This document shows, piece by piece, positions 19,285 to 29,748 of a DNA stretch of 64,000 bases. This stretch comes from Gemmatimonadaceae bacterium. GTDB taxonomy: Bacteria > Gemmatimonadota > Gemmatimonadetes > Gemmatimonadales > Gemmatimonadaceae. How positions within the stretch are numbered: the first letter of the stretch is position 1; each line of letters opens with the position of its first letter. Below the pieces are notes generated by a model, which was not told the origin of the DNA, searched no databases, and saw nothing but the letters and a program-made list of their open reading frames with translations. The position numbers and the translations under genes are program-made. The stretch lies in assembly GCA_051859245.1 (NCBI GenBank), contig JBHYGA010000001.1:512001-576000 (forward strand). Reading direction: 5' to 3'.

Positions 19285-19976
19285 TACAACAACAAGTCGC
19301 CTTCACCATCGGCCACACACCGCCAGTAATCGCGCGCGAACGCATCCGCACGCCACCAGTCGCCGGTGAGTCGCTCGGGACCACTCGCGTGTGACACCAC
19401 CACGCGGCGCTGCTGCCACGCCACCGCACTCGGCGCACCATGCACGCCACATTCTACCGTGACGGGATCCGGCGTCTCAAGTAAACGCAACGCGGCGTGA
19501 TCGAGTGACGATGCTGCACGCGGTGTCTCATCATCACGCGACGTCACATCCTCACGCGTCGCACGCTCGGCTAACGTCCACGCATCTGCGCGCGTCCACA
19601 CACCGGCGCGATCATACCGGTGCGCATCTTGGCTTTCCGGATGCACCACCACATCACCGCGTCCGTCCGGATCAAGCGCCGCCGCCAATCGCGCAATCGC
19701 CGCTTCAACACTCGCCGCGGCATCACGCCACGACGGTTCAAGCAAATCCCCTTGATCTGCAGCAAGTGGTGCAGTGGCGGGAATGTGCACGGTCACACCA
19801 GTCACAGCCGCCGACCGTATCCATCGCTCAAGCAACGAGCGACACTGTTCAACAAGAGGTTCAACACGCGCAAGCGGACGAGCAGGACGCACTTCGCGCG
19901 TAATGCTGCGCGTCGCACGATCCCATCCGTCGAGACGCTGCGCATCGGCGCCGACAATCGCTTCGAGATGCGCGTC
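19240..19976 (-). repeat. imuB 3' end (copy B, within the intact gene)
   Basis: Direct repeat of 15536-16320. Confidence 0.92.
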
Positions 19977-20963
19977 CGTATTCTGACGCGCCACATCAAG
20001 CTCCAGCGTAATCGCCACCGACGCCGCTGATCGTCCGTCACGCACGAGATCGTGCACCAGACGTTCAAGCGCCGCGCGCACAAGAAATCCAACTGGCGTC
20101 ACAGTCTGCGCCGGTGTCGCCAACTCGGCGTGCACCGCGCGTGGTGCATCAACACGCACAAGTCCCGGACGACGCGGATCAATACCGCGCGCGAGTTTCC
20201 AACTGGCTAGACCGGTGGCACCCCAACGCGCTTCTACATCACCAGACGCCAGCGCCGCAAACGCACCGAGTGTGCGAATGCCGAGTGCGCTCAGTGCAGT
20301 GCGCACATCCGCGTCCATGGGAATCAAACCCAGCGGAGCGGGAGCCAGATACGCCGCACACCCACCACTCGGCACAATCGTACTGGCACTGCCACGCGGA
20401 GGATTCCACGTCGCCGCGCGCGCTGACACACACGAATCCGCAATCGCCACACGCGCATCTGGATGCCAGCGGCGCGCAATTGTGAGCAACAACTCGAGCA
20501 ACGCGTCTTCACCACCGGGTCGATTGGCAAAACCATTCGCACCAATCCACCACGTGCCTGCGGCACCCGCGGCCGGCGTGACCTGCGGACTGGCCGCCAG
20601 AAATGACGCCGTGGTTTCGGTAATCGCACGCGTGATCGTGTCATGATCCCACTCGCGCACATCAAGCGTCGCACACCGCGCCCGCGCTTCGGTCACGCGC
20701 ATTCCCGCCGTGACGCCAGCCCGCGCCGCCGCCACCGACACGGCCTTGAGCCGCTGTCCCTCCATGAGCGCCCGCGGAGCCGTATCCCAATGGGCAGCCG
20801 GCGCCGCCAGCACCGTTTCCGCCGGCCCCATCGCCAGCGCCAACGTGAGCTGCACCGGCGCCGCACCCACCGGTACCGGCGCATTCCGCCACACCGCCCC
20901 AAGAGGGAAGCGCGGAATGCGAACACAGGCAATTCGCCAGGGGGAAGGGGCAGGGGAAGTCAT
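19242..20963 (-). CDS. imuB: ImuB, Y-family polymerase-like mutasome subunit
   Basis: IACVRIPRFPL, AARAGVTAGMRVTEARARC, LGIRTLGAFAAL, GPERLTGDWW...RDYW...HGWFD. Confidence 0.85.
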   Translation of the reverse strand: MTSPAPSPWRIACVRIPRFPLGAVWRNAPVPVGAAPVQLTLALAMGPAETVLAAPAAHWDTAPRALMEGQRLKAVSVAAARAGVTAGMRVTEARARCATLDVREWDHDTITRAITETTASFLAASPQVTPAAGAAGTWWIGANGFANRPGGEDALLELLLTIARRWHPDARVAIADSCVSARAATWNPPRGSASTIVPSGGCAAYLAPAPLGLIPMDADVRTALSALGIRTLGAFAALASGDVEARWGATGLASWKLARGIDPRRPGLVRVDAPRAVHAELATPAQTVTPVGFLVRAALERLVHDLVRDGRSAASVAITLELDVARQNTDAHLEAIVGADAQRLDGWDRATRSITREVRPARPLARVEPLVEQCRSLLERWIRSAAVTGVTVHIPATAPLAADQGDLLEPSWRDAAASVEAAIARLAAALDPDGRGDVVVHPESQDAHRYDRAGVWTRADAWTLAERATREDVTSRDDETPRAASSLDHAALRLLETPDPVTVECGVHGAPSAVAWQQRRVVVSHASGPERLTGDWWRADAFARDYWRCVADGEGDLLLYQEMGRWFVHGWFD

Positions 20964-20978
20964 TATCAGGTTCGTTAT

Positions 20979-20995
20979 ACCGAATAAATACCGAA
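20979..20995 (-). promoter_or_regulatory. Candidate SOS operator upstream of imuB
   Basis: TTCGGTATTTATTCGGT, 16/17 identical to the box upstream of imuA. Confidence 0.6.
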
Positions 20996-21112
20996 AACAA
21001 ACCCCGCCGTCCAGCACGCAGTTCCTCCGTGCCTCCGTGTCCCCGTGGTAAAAGCAGTTGCCGTTCGGATCTCTGTCTTGACATCTGATGCGTGATGCGT
21101 GATGTTTCCACC

Positions 21113-21340
21113 GTGCGCACCACGCTAACTCTGGACGACGACATTCTCGACGCGGCCAAAGCAATCGCCGCCGCCCGAGGCGTCTCCATTGGCGAGGTGA
21201 TCTCTGAACTGGTCCGTACGGCGCTGTCGACTCCCACCCAGCGGAGCACGCGCAACGGTATCACGCTTTTCCCGGCGCGAGCGGGCGCCGGACGCGTGAC
21301 GCCCGACATCGTACGCACCTTGCTCGATGAGTCCGCGTAA
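21113..21340 (+). CDS. VapB-like CopG/RHH antitoxin
   Basis: MRTTLTLDDDILDAAK...SIGEVISELVR; upstream TTGACA and TGATGCG tandem repeats. Confidence 0.85.
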   Translation: MRTTLTLDDDILDAAKAIAAARGVSIGEVISELVRTALSTPTQRSTRNGITLFPARAGAGRVTPDIVRTLLDESA

Positions 21341-21788
21341 GGGGCGGCATATTCGCCGCGCTCTGCTCGATGTAAACACGGTGCTGGCGCTGCTCGACCC
21401 GCAGCACGTGTTTCACGACGCCGCGCACAGCTGGGCCGCCTCCAATCCTGAGGCGCGCTGGCTCACTTGCCCACTGGTGCAAAACGGTGTGCTGCGCGTC
21501 GTCGGCAACCCCGCCTATCCCAACCACCTCGGCAGCGTTACCGCCGCGCGCGAAGTGCTCGCCGCGTTCTGCGCATCACCACGCCACGAGTTCGTGCCCG
21601 ACAACATTTCGTTGCTCGACGCCGATCGTGTGCGTGATGCGACCATGCTCACGCCATCGCGCGTGAACGATTTATATCTGCTCGCGCTGGCGATCGCGCA
21701 TGACGCGCAGCTCGCGACGTTTGATCGCAAGTTGCCGGCCGATGCGATTCACGGTGGACGTGAGGCGGTGCAGTTAATCGACGCGTGA
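21327..21788 (+). CDS. vapC: VapC-family PIN toxin
   Basis: LLDVNTVLALLD...CPLVQNG...DLYLLALA...LATFDR. Confidence 0.88.
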   Translation: MSPRKGRHIRRALLDVNTVLALLDPQHVFHDAAHSWAASNPEARWLTCPLVQNGVLRVVGNPAYPNHLGSVTAAREVLAAFCASPRHEFVPDNISLLDADRVRDATMLTPSRVNDLYLLALAIAHDAQLATFDRKLPADAIHGGREAVQLIDA

Positions 21789-21800
21789 GCTAACGCCGCA

Positions 21801-23096
21801 TTACCGAACAACGTCAAAGTGCGCCATCATGCCAGCGGCGTGGTGTTCGAGGATATGACAGTGGTACATCCAACCACCGGGTCGATCATCCGGGAGCCAG
21901 GCAATTCGCACGCTCCCGAATGATGGCACGTTTACTGTGTCCTCCCACGACAGTCTGTCGGTCGGTATGCCATTGACCGCCAACACCTGAAAGAAGAAGC
22001 CGTGCAAGTGGAACGGATGATGAATCGGTGAGCGATTCAACACATCCCAAACCTGCAACTCTCCGACCCGAACCGGATCGGCGTGGTGATGCTGCTCGCG
22101 ATTGATGTTGAACTCAGCGCCGTGCTTCATGCCGAGGCTGAAGCCGAGACGCACCTCGCGAGTAGGTGTGACAGGTCCCGTCACGAGCGGCTCGATCGTG
22201 CGCAGCGGATTCGGAACTTGCGCAAGCGAAGGCGCGCGCGCGCCAAGCTTCAGTGTAGCGAAGCGCTCCGGCCTGCGGTGAGACTTGAATGAACCGCGAT
22301 CGAACGGCAGCGTCTCGATGCGAAACGTGTCACCCTCTGCGAACGGGCCGACGGCGATCTCCGTACGATTCGCGGTGCAGAGGAGGACTTCGGTCGCGAT
22401 CACTGGCGAAGGAATCAATCCACCTCCGCTACCGATGATCTGGAACGGCTGGCCGCCCACCGAGAGCCGTACATAGCGTGCGCTGGAAGCATTCACGATT
22501 CTCCATCGCTCAATTTGGCCAGCCGCCATGTGGATCACCGGCTCGTGTTGGCCGTTCACAAGACGGGTGCTTCCCTCGCGTCCGTCATGCGATTCAAGCC
22601 ACCACCCGGGTGACTTGATGGCGCCGTCTTTCTCAAGCTCCACGTCGTCGAACACGAACGTCCGGTCGGCATCGAACACCGGTTCGTCGGCCGCACGCAC
22701 GATGACTGCGCCGTAGAGCCCGCGTTCCAACTGCACCGTTTCATTGAAGTGCGAGTGGTACCAGAACGTGCCGGCGTCAGGCACACGAAATCGGTACGTG
22801 AACGTCTCGCCCGGGAACACCGGGCGTTGGGACCGCTCCGTACCGTCCATGTCTGCCGGAATCCGGAGCCCGTGCCAATGCACCACCGTAGGCTCGGGAA
22901 GACGATTGACGAAGCGGATCTCAAGTACATCACCAACCTGCGCCTCGATGGTGGGGCCCGGCACCTGCCCGCCAAACGCCCAGGCCCGAGTTCGCTGACC
23001 GGGCACGAACTCCCAGTCGATTTCACAGGCCTCAAGCTCAACGATCACGACTTCGCGTCCCGCATCCGGCTCCGCAGACTCCAGTGCACTGTACAT
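21801..23096 (-). CDS. Multicopper oxidase
   Basis: HWHG, WYHSH, HPFHLHG and HCHILEH...M copper ligands. Confidence 0.93.
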   Translation of the reverse strand: MYSALESAEPDAGREVVIVELEACEIDWEFVPGQRTRAWAFGGQVPGPTIEAQVGDVLEIRFVNRLPEPTVVHWHGLRIPADMDGTERSQRPVFPGETFTYRFRVPDAGTFWYHSHFNETVQLERGLYGAVIVRAADEPVFDADRTFVFDDVELEKDGAIKSPGWWLESHDGREGSTRLVNGQHEPVIHMAAGQIERWRIVNASSARYVRLSVGGQPFQIIGSGGGLIPSPVIATEVLLCTANRTEIAVGPFAEGDTFRIETLPFDRGSFKSHRRPERFATLKLGARAPSLAQVPNPLRTIEPLVTGPVTPTREVRLGFSLGMKHGAEFNINREQHHHADPVRVGELQVWDVLNRSPIHHPFHLHGFFFQVLAVNGIPTDRLSWEDTVNVPSFGSVRIAWLPDDRPGGWMYHCHILEHHAAGMMAHFDVVR

Positions 23097-23097
23097 G

Positions 23098-23703
23098 CTA
23101 CAGTCCCACGCCGAAACGCAGACCCACGAACGTCGCGCTGAACTCCGAGAGTCCGCCCCGCTGCTTCTCACCGAAGACGTTGACCTGCTTCACGAACATG
23201 CCAATCTCGTACTGTCGCAACCGACGCCCCACGTCGACGTACGGCGCGAGAAACGCACCGTTGCCCTTGAAGAAGGAACCCGTCGCTGCTCCTTCCGTTG
23301 GCGCCGCACCTTCGCGAGCCATCGCGTTCACGATGAGCCCACCACCGTGTACGCCGCCCGAAATAAACCAGGACTTCCCGTACGAGAGTTCGATGACCGG
23401 GCCTGCGGCTTGATAGTTCATCGACGTGACGGCGTTCTTATCGGAGTTGGCAACGAGCGTCTCAACACCGATCCGCAGAAACGGCTTCACTTTGTACATC
23501 AAGAAAAACCCGGACATGTGCGGGCCCTCAGGGCCGTCCGGTGCGAGATCGTCGAACGCGGGATCGAGACCTGATAACTCCATCGTGCCCGTGATCAGCG
23601 CCGAACGAATTCCTGCGACGTACTTGCGATCGCGTTCCTGCGCCGCTGCCATCGACGGCAGCATGGCCGCCAGAATCACGAGCAAACCAATTTTCTTGAA
23701 CAT
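23098..23703 (-). CDS. Hypothetical outer-membrane beta-barrel-like protein
   Basis: Signal peptide, alternating beta strands, C-terminal VGLRFGVGL. Confidence 0.6.
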   Translation of the reverse strand: MFKKIGLLVILAAMLPSMAAAQERDRKYVAGIRSALITGTMELSGLDPAFDDLAPDGPEGPHMSGFFLMYKVKPFLRIGVETLVANSDKNAVTSMNYQAAGPVIELSYGKSWFISGGVHGGGLIVNAMAREGAAPTEGAATGSFFKGNGAFLAPYVDVGRRLRQYEIGMFVKQVNVFGEKQRGGLSEFSATFVGLRFGVGL

Positions 23704-23706
23704 GTT

Positions 23707-24756
23707 TCACCTTTTGATTGAGTGTGTACGATTGCCTGTTTGGCGAACCACTTCCTGCACTGCAAGCACTACTGCATCGGGTCGATCGAACTGCACGTAG
23801 TGCGACGCGTCCTGCAACAGCACATGCTGACCATTCGAGGACCACGTCGAACGCTCCTCCTGCATCGCGATCCATTCCATCCGCATTCGTTCTCCCTGGT
23901 CCGCGGTCATTCCCATGAGCTCGAGCGTGGCGCCCGAAGTCGGTGCTGCGGCGGTGAGCACCACGAGCGGGAGATCGCCAAGCGCGCGGAACGCGCGGGT
24001 GTCATCGAAGGTCGCACGCAATCCCTGCAACTCTGACGCGAGTGCCGAAAGCGACACGGGCAGATGTGCGTCCGCGATTCTGCGCACGAGTTTCGGCGCT
24101 GCGCGCGGATCTGTACTCGGCGGCAGCATTCGCAGAATGCCCGTTCGTGAAAGCCGCGCTCCGACAGAGACAGAACCCGTCGCTGGCATCATGCCGACGC
24201 CAGTGACGGTCTCAAGGCGAGTGATCTGATCTGGATGCGATGCGTCAACGAGTACGAGGCCCACAACATCCACACCGAACCGTCTGATGAACTCGGTCGC
24301 GTAGAGTCCACCGATCGAGTGCGCGACGAGCACGAAGGGTGCGCGCTCATGCGCGTTCTCGAGTGTTGCGCGAAGGTCAGACACAATCGCCGCGACACTG
24401 AGCTGTTTGTCAGACGGTTCGCTCCAGAGAATTCCCGCGCGGCTATACGCACAAACGCGCGTCGTCGCGGCCAACGAATCGTGAACCAGTGCCCAGGAGA
24501 GTGAGCCGAGCACGTCGAGACCGGATTCGAGAACAACTGTGGGAGAACCAGTGCCCCGGCAGTCGAGCTGGATGCTGCGTCCACCGATGTCCACGAGCCG
24601 ACCAGGCACCGGGAACTGATTGGCGACTCGCCGCCGGATCACTTCCTCTGATCCGGCTCCGACGAGGATCGCAAGGGCCACGAGTGCAACAAGACCCTGA
24701 ACCATATTTCGAAACCCGCGCATCAAGAGAACGGCTCTCGTTTGCGTTGCCGTCAC
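23707..24756 (-). CDS. Alpha/beta hydrolase
   Basis: PTVVLESG, AHSIGG nucleophile elbow, SHYVQFDRP. Confidence 0.88.
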   Translation of the reverse strand: MTATQTRAVLLMRGFRNMVQGLVALVALAILVGAGSEEVIRRRVANQFPVPGRLVDIGGRSIQLDCRGTGSPTVVLESGLDVLGSLSWALVHDSLAATTRVCAYSRAGILWSEPSDKQLSVAAIVSDLRATLENAHERAPFVLVAHSIGGLYATEFIRRFGVDVVGLVLVDASHPDQITRLETVTGVGMMPATGSVSVGARLSRTGILRMLPPSTDPRAAPKLVRRIADAHLPVSLSALASELQGLRATFDDTRAFRALGDLPLVVLTAAAPTSGATLELMGMTADQGERMRMEWIAMQEERSTWSSNGQHVLLQDASHYVQFDRPDAVVLAVQEVVRQTGNRTHSIKR

Positions 24757-25202
24757 GAGCCCGCCCTCGCGATCTGCTCAGCAATGCGAGACGCGTCACG
24801 ACCCGCGTCTTCGATCACGTAGAGGCCAGGGTCCCCTTCAACCCAGCGCAAGTCAAACGGCGTGTGAGCGCGACCCAGCGCGACGACGACGCTCGTCGCT
24901 TCGTATCGCAGCTCGTTAGCGAGGATCTCGAAGTGCTCGCCTGCGCGTCGCAGCGATTGCACCGTGACGCCGAGTCGCAGCGAGAGGTCGAAGTGTGCGA
25001 CATACGCAGCAAGCGATGCCGCGAGTTCGCGATTGTCCGCGACGAGTTCGGGTGCTGCCGGGAGCACTACGCCGGGGTCGAGCACGAGGTAGTCGACATC
25101 GCGCCCTTGCAACTCGTAGGCAGCGGCGAGTCCGGCTTGGCCACCGCCAATGATGATCGTTGCGTAGCGCTCGGTGCGCATGTTCGGAACGTCCTGCCGC
25201 AT
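24753..25202 (-). pseudogene. Shortened FAD-dependent oxidoreductase (probable internal deletions)
   Basis: IIIGGGQAGLAAAY dinucleotide motif but only 149 aa; second GxG motif absent. Confidence 0.55.
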
Positions 25203-25377
25203 TGCGATTCCCCGTTGAAGTGACGCAGGGATAGTCGCATTGAACAGTGACCTCGCGATTGAACGAGGGGGCTAACATTTGCGGCACGTCTGCCAGGTCA
25301 GCCGCTTCGTTCAAGCCACACAAGCGGGACGCTCGCATGCTTCAGCAGGGTAAAATGTCCTGCACAATGGAGACAAG

Positions 25378-26352
25378 ATGAAAGCTGCGATTTACGAGCG
25401 TTACGGCCCGCCTGAAGTGGTATCGATTCGCGATGTTGCGTCACCCTCACCGCGGCCGGGCGAAGTACTGATCAAGGTCCGCGCCACCACAGTATCCACC
25501 GGAGATTGGAGAGCGCGAAGCCTTGAAATGCCGCCAGGCTTCGGACCATTCGCACGTCTGGCGTTCGGTACTATCCGTCCGCGCCAGCCAATTCTCGGGA
25601 CGGAACTAGCAGGTGTGATCGATGCGATCGGAGATGGCGTCACTGCATTCAACGTTGGCGACGAAGTGTTCGCGTTCCTTGACGCGAAGATGGGGGCACA
25701 CGCGGAATATCGGTGCATCGCGGCAAACGGTCTTGTGGCGCACAAGCCAAAGAACCTCTCGTTTGAGCAGGCGGGCGCGCTCTCGTTTGGTGGAATGACT
25801 ATGATGAACTTTTTCCGGCGCGCCGCGCTCGCGCGTGGTGAGCGTGTACTCGTGAACGGCGCGTCGGGTAGCGTGGGCTCGGCCGCGGTGCAACTCGCGC
25901 GGCACTTCGGCGCAGACGTCACCGGAGTATGTAGCAACGTGAACGTCGAGCTGGTTCGCGCAATCGGTGCACATCACGTGATCGACTACACTGCGGAAGA
26001 CTTTGCGGGGAATGGCGAAACGTACGACGTGATTGTGGACACGGTCGGAAACGCGGCGTACCCACGGGCAAAACGATCGCTCGCGAAAGGTGGTCGTCTG
26101 CTGGGCGTGCTCGGATCATTCGGTGCGCTGCTTCGTGCTCCGCTTGCGGGAAAGGCTCGCGGGCATCGCGTGATCAACGGACCCGCCCTCGCGCGCGTTG
26201 ACGACTTCCATCGACTCGCCGCGATCGCAGCGCAGGGCGCGTTCACTCCGGTGATCGATCACGTCTTTCCGCTTGAACAGATCATTGACGCACACCACCG
26301 CGTCGAAACCGGTCGAAAGCGTGGCAGCGTCGTAGTAACCATCACGGCGTAG
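25378..26352 (+). CDS. NAD(P)-dependent alcohol dehydrogenase/quinone reductase (MDR family)
   Basis: YGPPEV, GTELAG, VLVNGASGSVG, VIDYT. Confidence 0.9.
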   Translation: MKAAIYERYGPPEVVSIRDVASPSPRPGEVLIKVRATTVSTGDWRARSLEMPPGFGPFARLAFGTIRPRQPILGTELAGVIDAIGDGVTAFNVGDEVFAFLDAKMGAHAEYRCIAANGLVAHKPKNLSFEQAGALSFGGMTMMNFFRRAALARGERVLVNGASGSVGSAAVQLARHFGADVTGVCSNVNVELVRAIGAHHVIDYTAEDFAGNGETYDVIVDTVGNAAYPRAKRSLAKGGRLLGVLGSFGALLRAPLAGKARGHRVINGPALARVDDFHRLAAIAAQGAFTPVIDHVFPLEQIIDAHHRVETGRKRGSVVVTITA

Positions 26353-27124
26353 TGGGTCCCGCCGCCACTTGCAGCAACGACGGAGGGAAGCCGAACATCT
26401 GATTTGATGTACGGGTGAAGTGTGCCGAGTCGGCAAAGCCTGCACGATGTGCGGCCGTCGAGATGGATTCACCTTGCGCTAGCAGGTCCCAGGCAAGGAT
26501 GAAACGACGCCAGAGCACGTAGGGTCGCACGCCCATTCCCGTCTGCGCCACGAAGAGGTGACGCAGCCGGCCTGGCGAGAGAAACACGTGCGCGGCGACA
26601 TCATCCAGCGCGACGCTCCCGTTGAGATGCGTGCGAATGTACTCGACGGCTCGCATGATGCGTTCGTCTGTCACGCTGGTCGGGGCGACGTCCGCCGCGA
26701 GCGCTCCGACGACGCGCGTTGCGCCCGCAATGAGGTGCTCCTTTGATGCGCCGCGTAACCAGCTTGCAAACAGATCCGCGCACGTAGCACGGACCTGTGT
26801 GTCATCGACTGAAGCGACGCCCTGCGTGATGTAGCGTTCAGTGAGTGCACGGCCAAGTGTCGCTTCGGGCTCCACGAAGATGACGGCGTTATAGGTAGCG
26901 GCAGTCGCGTCCATGGAGTGTGGCTGTCGCGACGCAACGATGCCGAGGGCATACGCGGTCCAGTCTTCCTGCTCACTTGTTCTCAGTGCGACGGGGCCCG
27001 CGTAGCCGAACGTCACCTGAATGGCTTGATGAGCGTGCGTGGGAATGACGCGATTCGCGCGTCCGATGAGCAGTACGCCTCCATCCCACGCGACGAGGTC
27101 GCCGACGCCGACGGGAGTGGTCAT
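26342..27124 (-). CDS. AraC-family regulator
   Basis: HAHQAIQ; LSPGRLRHLF...AGFADSAHFTRT. Confidence 0.9.
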   Translation of the reverse strand: MTTPVGVGDLVAWDGGVLLIGRANRVIPTHAHQAIQVTFGYAGPVALRTSEQEDWTAYALGIVASRQPHSMDATAATYNAVIFVEPEATLGRALTERYITQGVASVDDTQVRATCADLFASWLRGASKEHLIAGATRVVGALAADVAPTSVTDERIMRAVEYIRTHLNGSVALDDVAAHVFLSPGRLRHLFVAQTGMGVRPYVLWRRFILAWDLLAQGESISTAAHRAGFADSAHFTRTSNQMFGFPPSLLQVAAGPTTP

Positions 27125-27439
27125 CCGCCGAGACCGTCCCAGTCATGGTCGATATTCCGAACGCCTGCTCGGTACAGTGATCGCATCAAAAAGACTCCGC
27201 CGCTTCTGCCGAGGCTATTGTTGCCGTCGCAAAATTATCTGCTCGGCTGCTATGACGTTCACTCTCCAGCCCGTATCCATGAAGATCGCTCGTGGAATCT
27301 CGCCAGGCCAGTGCTCAGCAAGCAGGAACCAGGGAAGGTGCGTGAACACGCGCATGCCGGCACCAAGTCCGTTCGCGTACGCGCAATCATCCACTCGCCG
27401 TGTGCCAGGAACGAACGACGGCGGATCGCATCGACGCAT

Positions 27440-28460
27440 CCCGGCACGCTCCGCTGCCGCATTGGCACGCGAGATATCAGAACTGCGGGAGATCACCGTG
27501 AACGCGGCGCCCATCACCGATGCGCCAGTGAGCAGGCCGAGATTGCGCGAGAAGTTGAGCAGTCCAGCCGTCACACCGCGCCGCGCTGGACTGGCGCCCG
27601 ACATGACGACCGGGCTGTTCGCTGTCTGAAAGAGTCCGAATCCTGCCGTCATGATCGCAATCGCACCGAGGTAGCCACGCACGCCGAGTGTGGATGGCAA
27701 CACCCGATGTCGCGCTCAAGGCGAGCGAACGCGAGAGGTAGAATGGACCGATGACCCGCGTCGACATCAGGAGACTCGAGACGAGTACACGCATGGCGAG
27801 ACTCGATCGCAGCCCCCGATCGCGAAACATCGGCGAATAGATGAGTGGCGACGACACCACCGACTCAACCCGTCTCAGCAGTACTCCTCCACTAACCGCT
27901 GCAGCGAGCAGCATGGCATTGACCATGCCCACGTTTCCCCTGCCAACGGTCATGGCCATCGAATAGACCGCGAGTGTCAATGCCATCACCGTCGTGCCGA
28001 GGATGTCGAGTCCCTGCAGCGGCGACCTTCCGTCTCGCGCCGCTCCCGGAAAAGCTGGCAGGGAATAGCGCGCCAGTGAAAGTGCGACAATCCCCAGCGG
28101 GATGTTGACGAAGAAGATCGCGCGCCAATCGAACCACGCGATCAGGAAACCGCCTAACGATAGACCAAGCCCCGTTCCGACCGCAGACATGGTGCCCATC
28201 AATCCCATGGCGCTGCCCATCCGCGATGTCGCGACGGAATCGCTGATGAAGGGATGCGTGCGCGTCATCATGATGGCTGCGCCCACGCCCTGTGCCGCAC
28301 GAGCAACGAAGAGCTGCGACAGCGTGATGGCACGTCCGCAGCGCATGGACAACAGGGTGAAGAGCGCAATGCCAGCACACAATACGCGCCGGCGGCCAAG
28401 GATATCTCCAAGCCGTCCGGCGGCGACGAGAAGCGAGGTGAAGGAAAGCACGCTGTGACG
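27440..28460 (-). pseudogene. DHA2-type MFS transporter pseudogene
   Basis: GRLGDILGRRR, ARAAQGVGAA, WRAIFFVNIPLG; N-terminus missing; frameshift near 27700. Confidence 0.8.
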
Positions 28461-28940
28461 AGATGGCGCGGTTGATCTCGAAACGAGAGTGGTCGAGGCG
28501 AGCACAAGCCCCGAGCATCGCGTGCATGCGCTGATTCGAGACCGATACGCAGGCGTGGTGCGACAAGGCCATCCGCTCGCCAAGGGGAAGATCACGCCTT
28601 TGATATGCCCGCGGCTTGCATAGCTCAGTTTCCCGTCGCGGGCCTGACGAGGATCCGATCGATGCGGCGCTTGCAGCGTTTGATGTGAAGCGTCAGGTCG
28701 TTGTCGCGATTCTTGGCGGATTCTCTTCGGCACTCGCTCTCGCGCGCGCATCCGATCTAGTCGAAACAGTACCGGAGCGCCATTCCGGCACGCTGCGTGC
28801 AGGGACGCATACATTTCCGCTTCCGTTCGCTACGGAGCCGTTTGCGATATCGATGCTGTGGCACCCGCGCTTGGACGCGGATCCGGCTCATCGGTGGTAG
28901 CGCACGTGTGTGTAGAAGGCCTGCGTCACCGAGCGCGCAC
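28440..28940 (+). pseudogene. LysR substrate-binding-domain relic
   Basis: RDGAVDL...VVRQGHPLA / LARASDLV...WHPRLDADPAHRW with stops and frameshift; no HTH. Confidence 0.75.
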
Positions 28941-29095
28941 CAAGCGCTCGTGTGAACATGCCCGGAACAGCTGACCGCCAACGCCGACCGCGCAAGTGAC
29001 GCTGGACGGAGGCGCACAATTCGTGTGCCTCGTCCAGCGTTCACTGCACTTCAGGTCTTCGAACCGACGAATGCTTCGCCAGCCAACCGTCAGCG

Positions 29096-29629
29096 TTACG
29101 GGACGAGGGTTACCTGTCCACGAATTTCTCCACCCGTGTTCGCGTCGGTGTGCAAGTTCACATAGATATTGCCCGCACGCATCTGGTCGATGAGCGCCGA
29201 AAGCGGCTGGTTGGCAAGCGTACCACTCAGGTTCGCTGCAGTAATGAACTGCTTGCCAATGCGCCCGTTCTGCACACCGGTCAACGTGGGCGGATCAACG
29301 AGAAACGCGACGACACCACCGTTTGCACCACGTGCACCCGCATGGAAATGGCCGAAGCGTACGTTCGTCAACCCGTTCACGGTCACGTTCACAAAGAGCG
29401 TGTCGTTCGTGCGGCTGAGCGTGAACTCGCTGGTGCCAGAGGCAGTGGTCGTCACCGGCGGCACTTCTTCACTGCCAGCCAACGTCGCGCGGAAGCGCAC
29501 AAGCGGGGTCGGTGTCGCTTCTGCCGGAGTGTCTTCACTGCAGCCTGCGATCGCAACCGATGCCGCGATAGCAAAGCTGCAGGACAGCATGAGGCGCGCG
29601 AGGCGCTGACCGCGAGGATGGATATTCAT
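29096..29629 (-). CDS. CHRD-domain lipoprotein
   Basis: IAGC lipobox; LAGSEEVPPV...YVNLHT...GEIRGQ. Confidence 0.9.
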   Translation of the reverse strand: MNIHPRGQRLARLMLSCSFAIAASVAIAGCSEDTPAEATPTPLVRFRATLAGSEEVPPVTTTASGTSEFTLSRTNDTLFVNVTVNGLTNVRFGHFHAGARGANGGVVAFLVDPPTLTGVQNGRIGKQFITAANLSGTLANQPLSALIDQMRAGNIYVNLHTDANTGGEIRGQVTLVP

Positions 29630-29748
29630 TGAGAAGTCCCGAAAGTGGAAGGAAGTTGAACCGTTCGGAATCCGAACAGTCAGCAGCCTAATCGCGTTCC
29701 GTGGAACATCTCTGGCCACATCGGGGTTTCGGCGCGGATCGTACGATG

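Noticed and set aside
15536..19976. Diversity-generating retroelement TR/VR pair
   Set aside because: Repeats are too long, differences are not adenine-specific, and no reverse transcriptase is present
20964..21164. N-terminal extension of ImuB in the ORF track (640 aa)
   Set aside because: Overlaps the operator, the vapB promoter and vapB itself; ATG 20963 fits better
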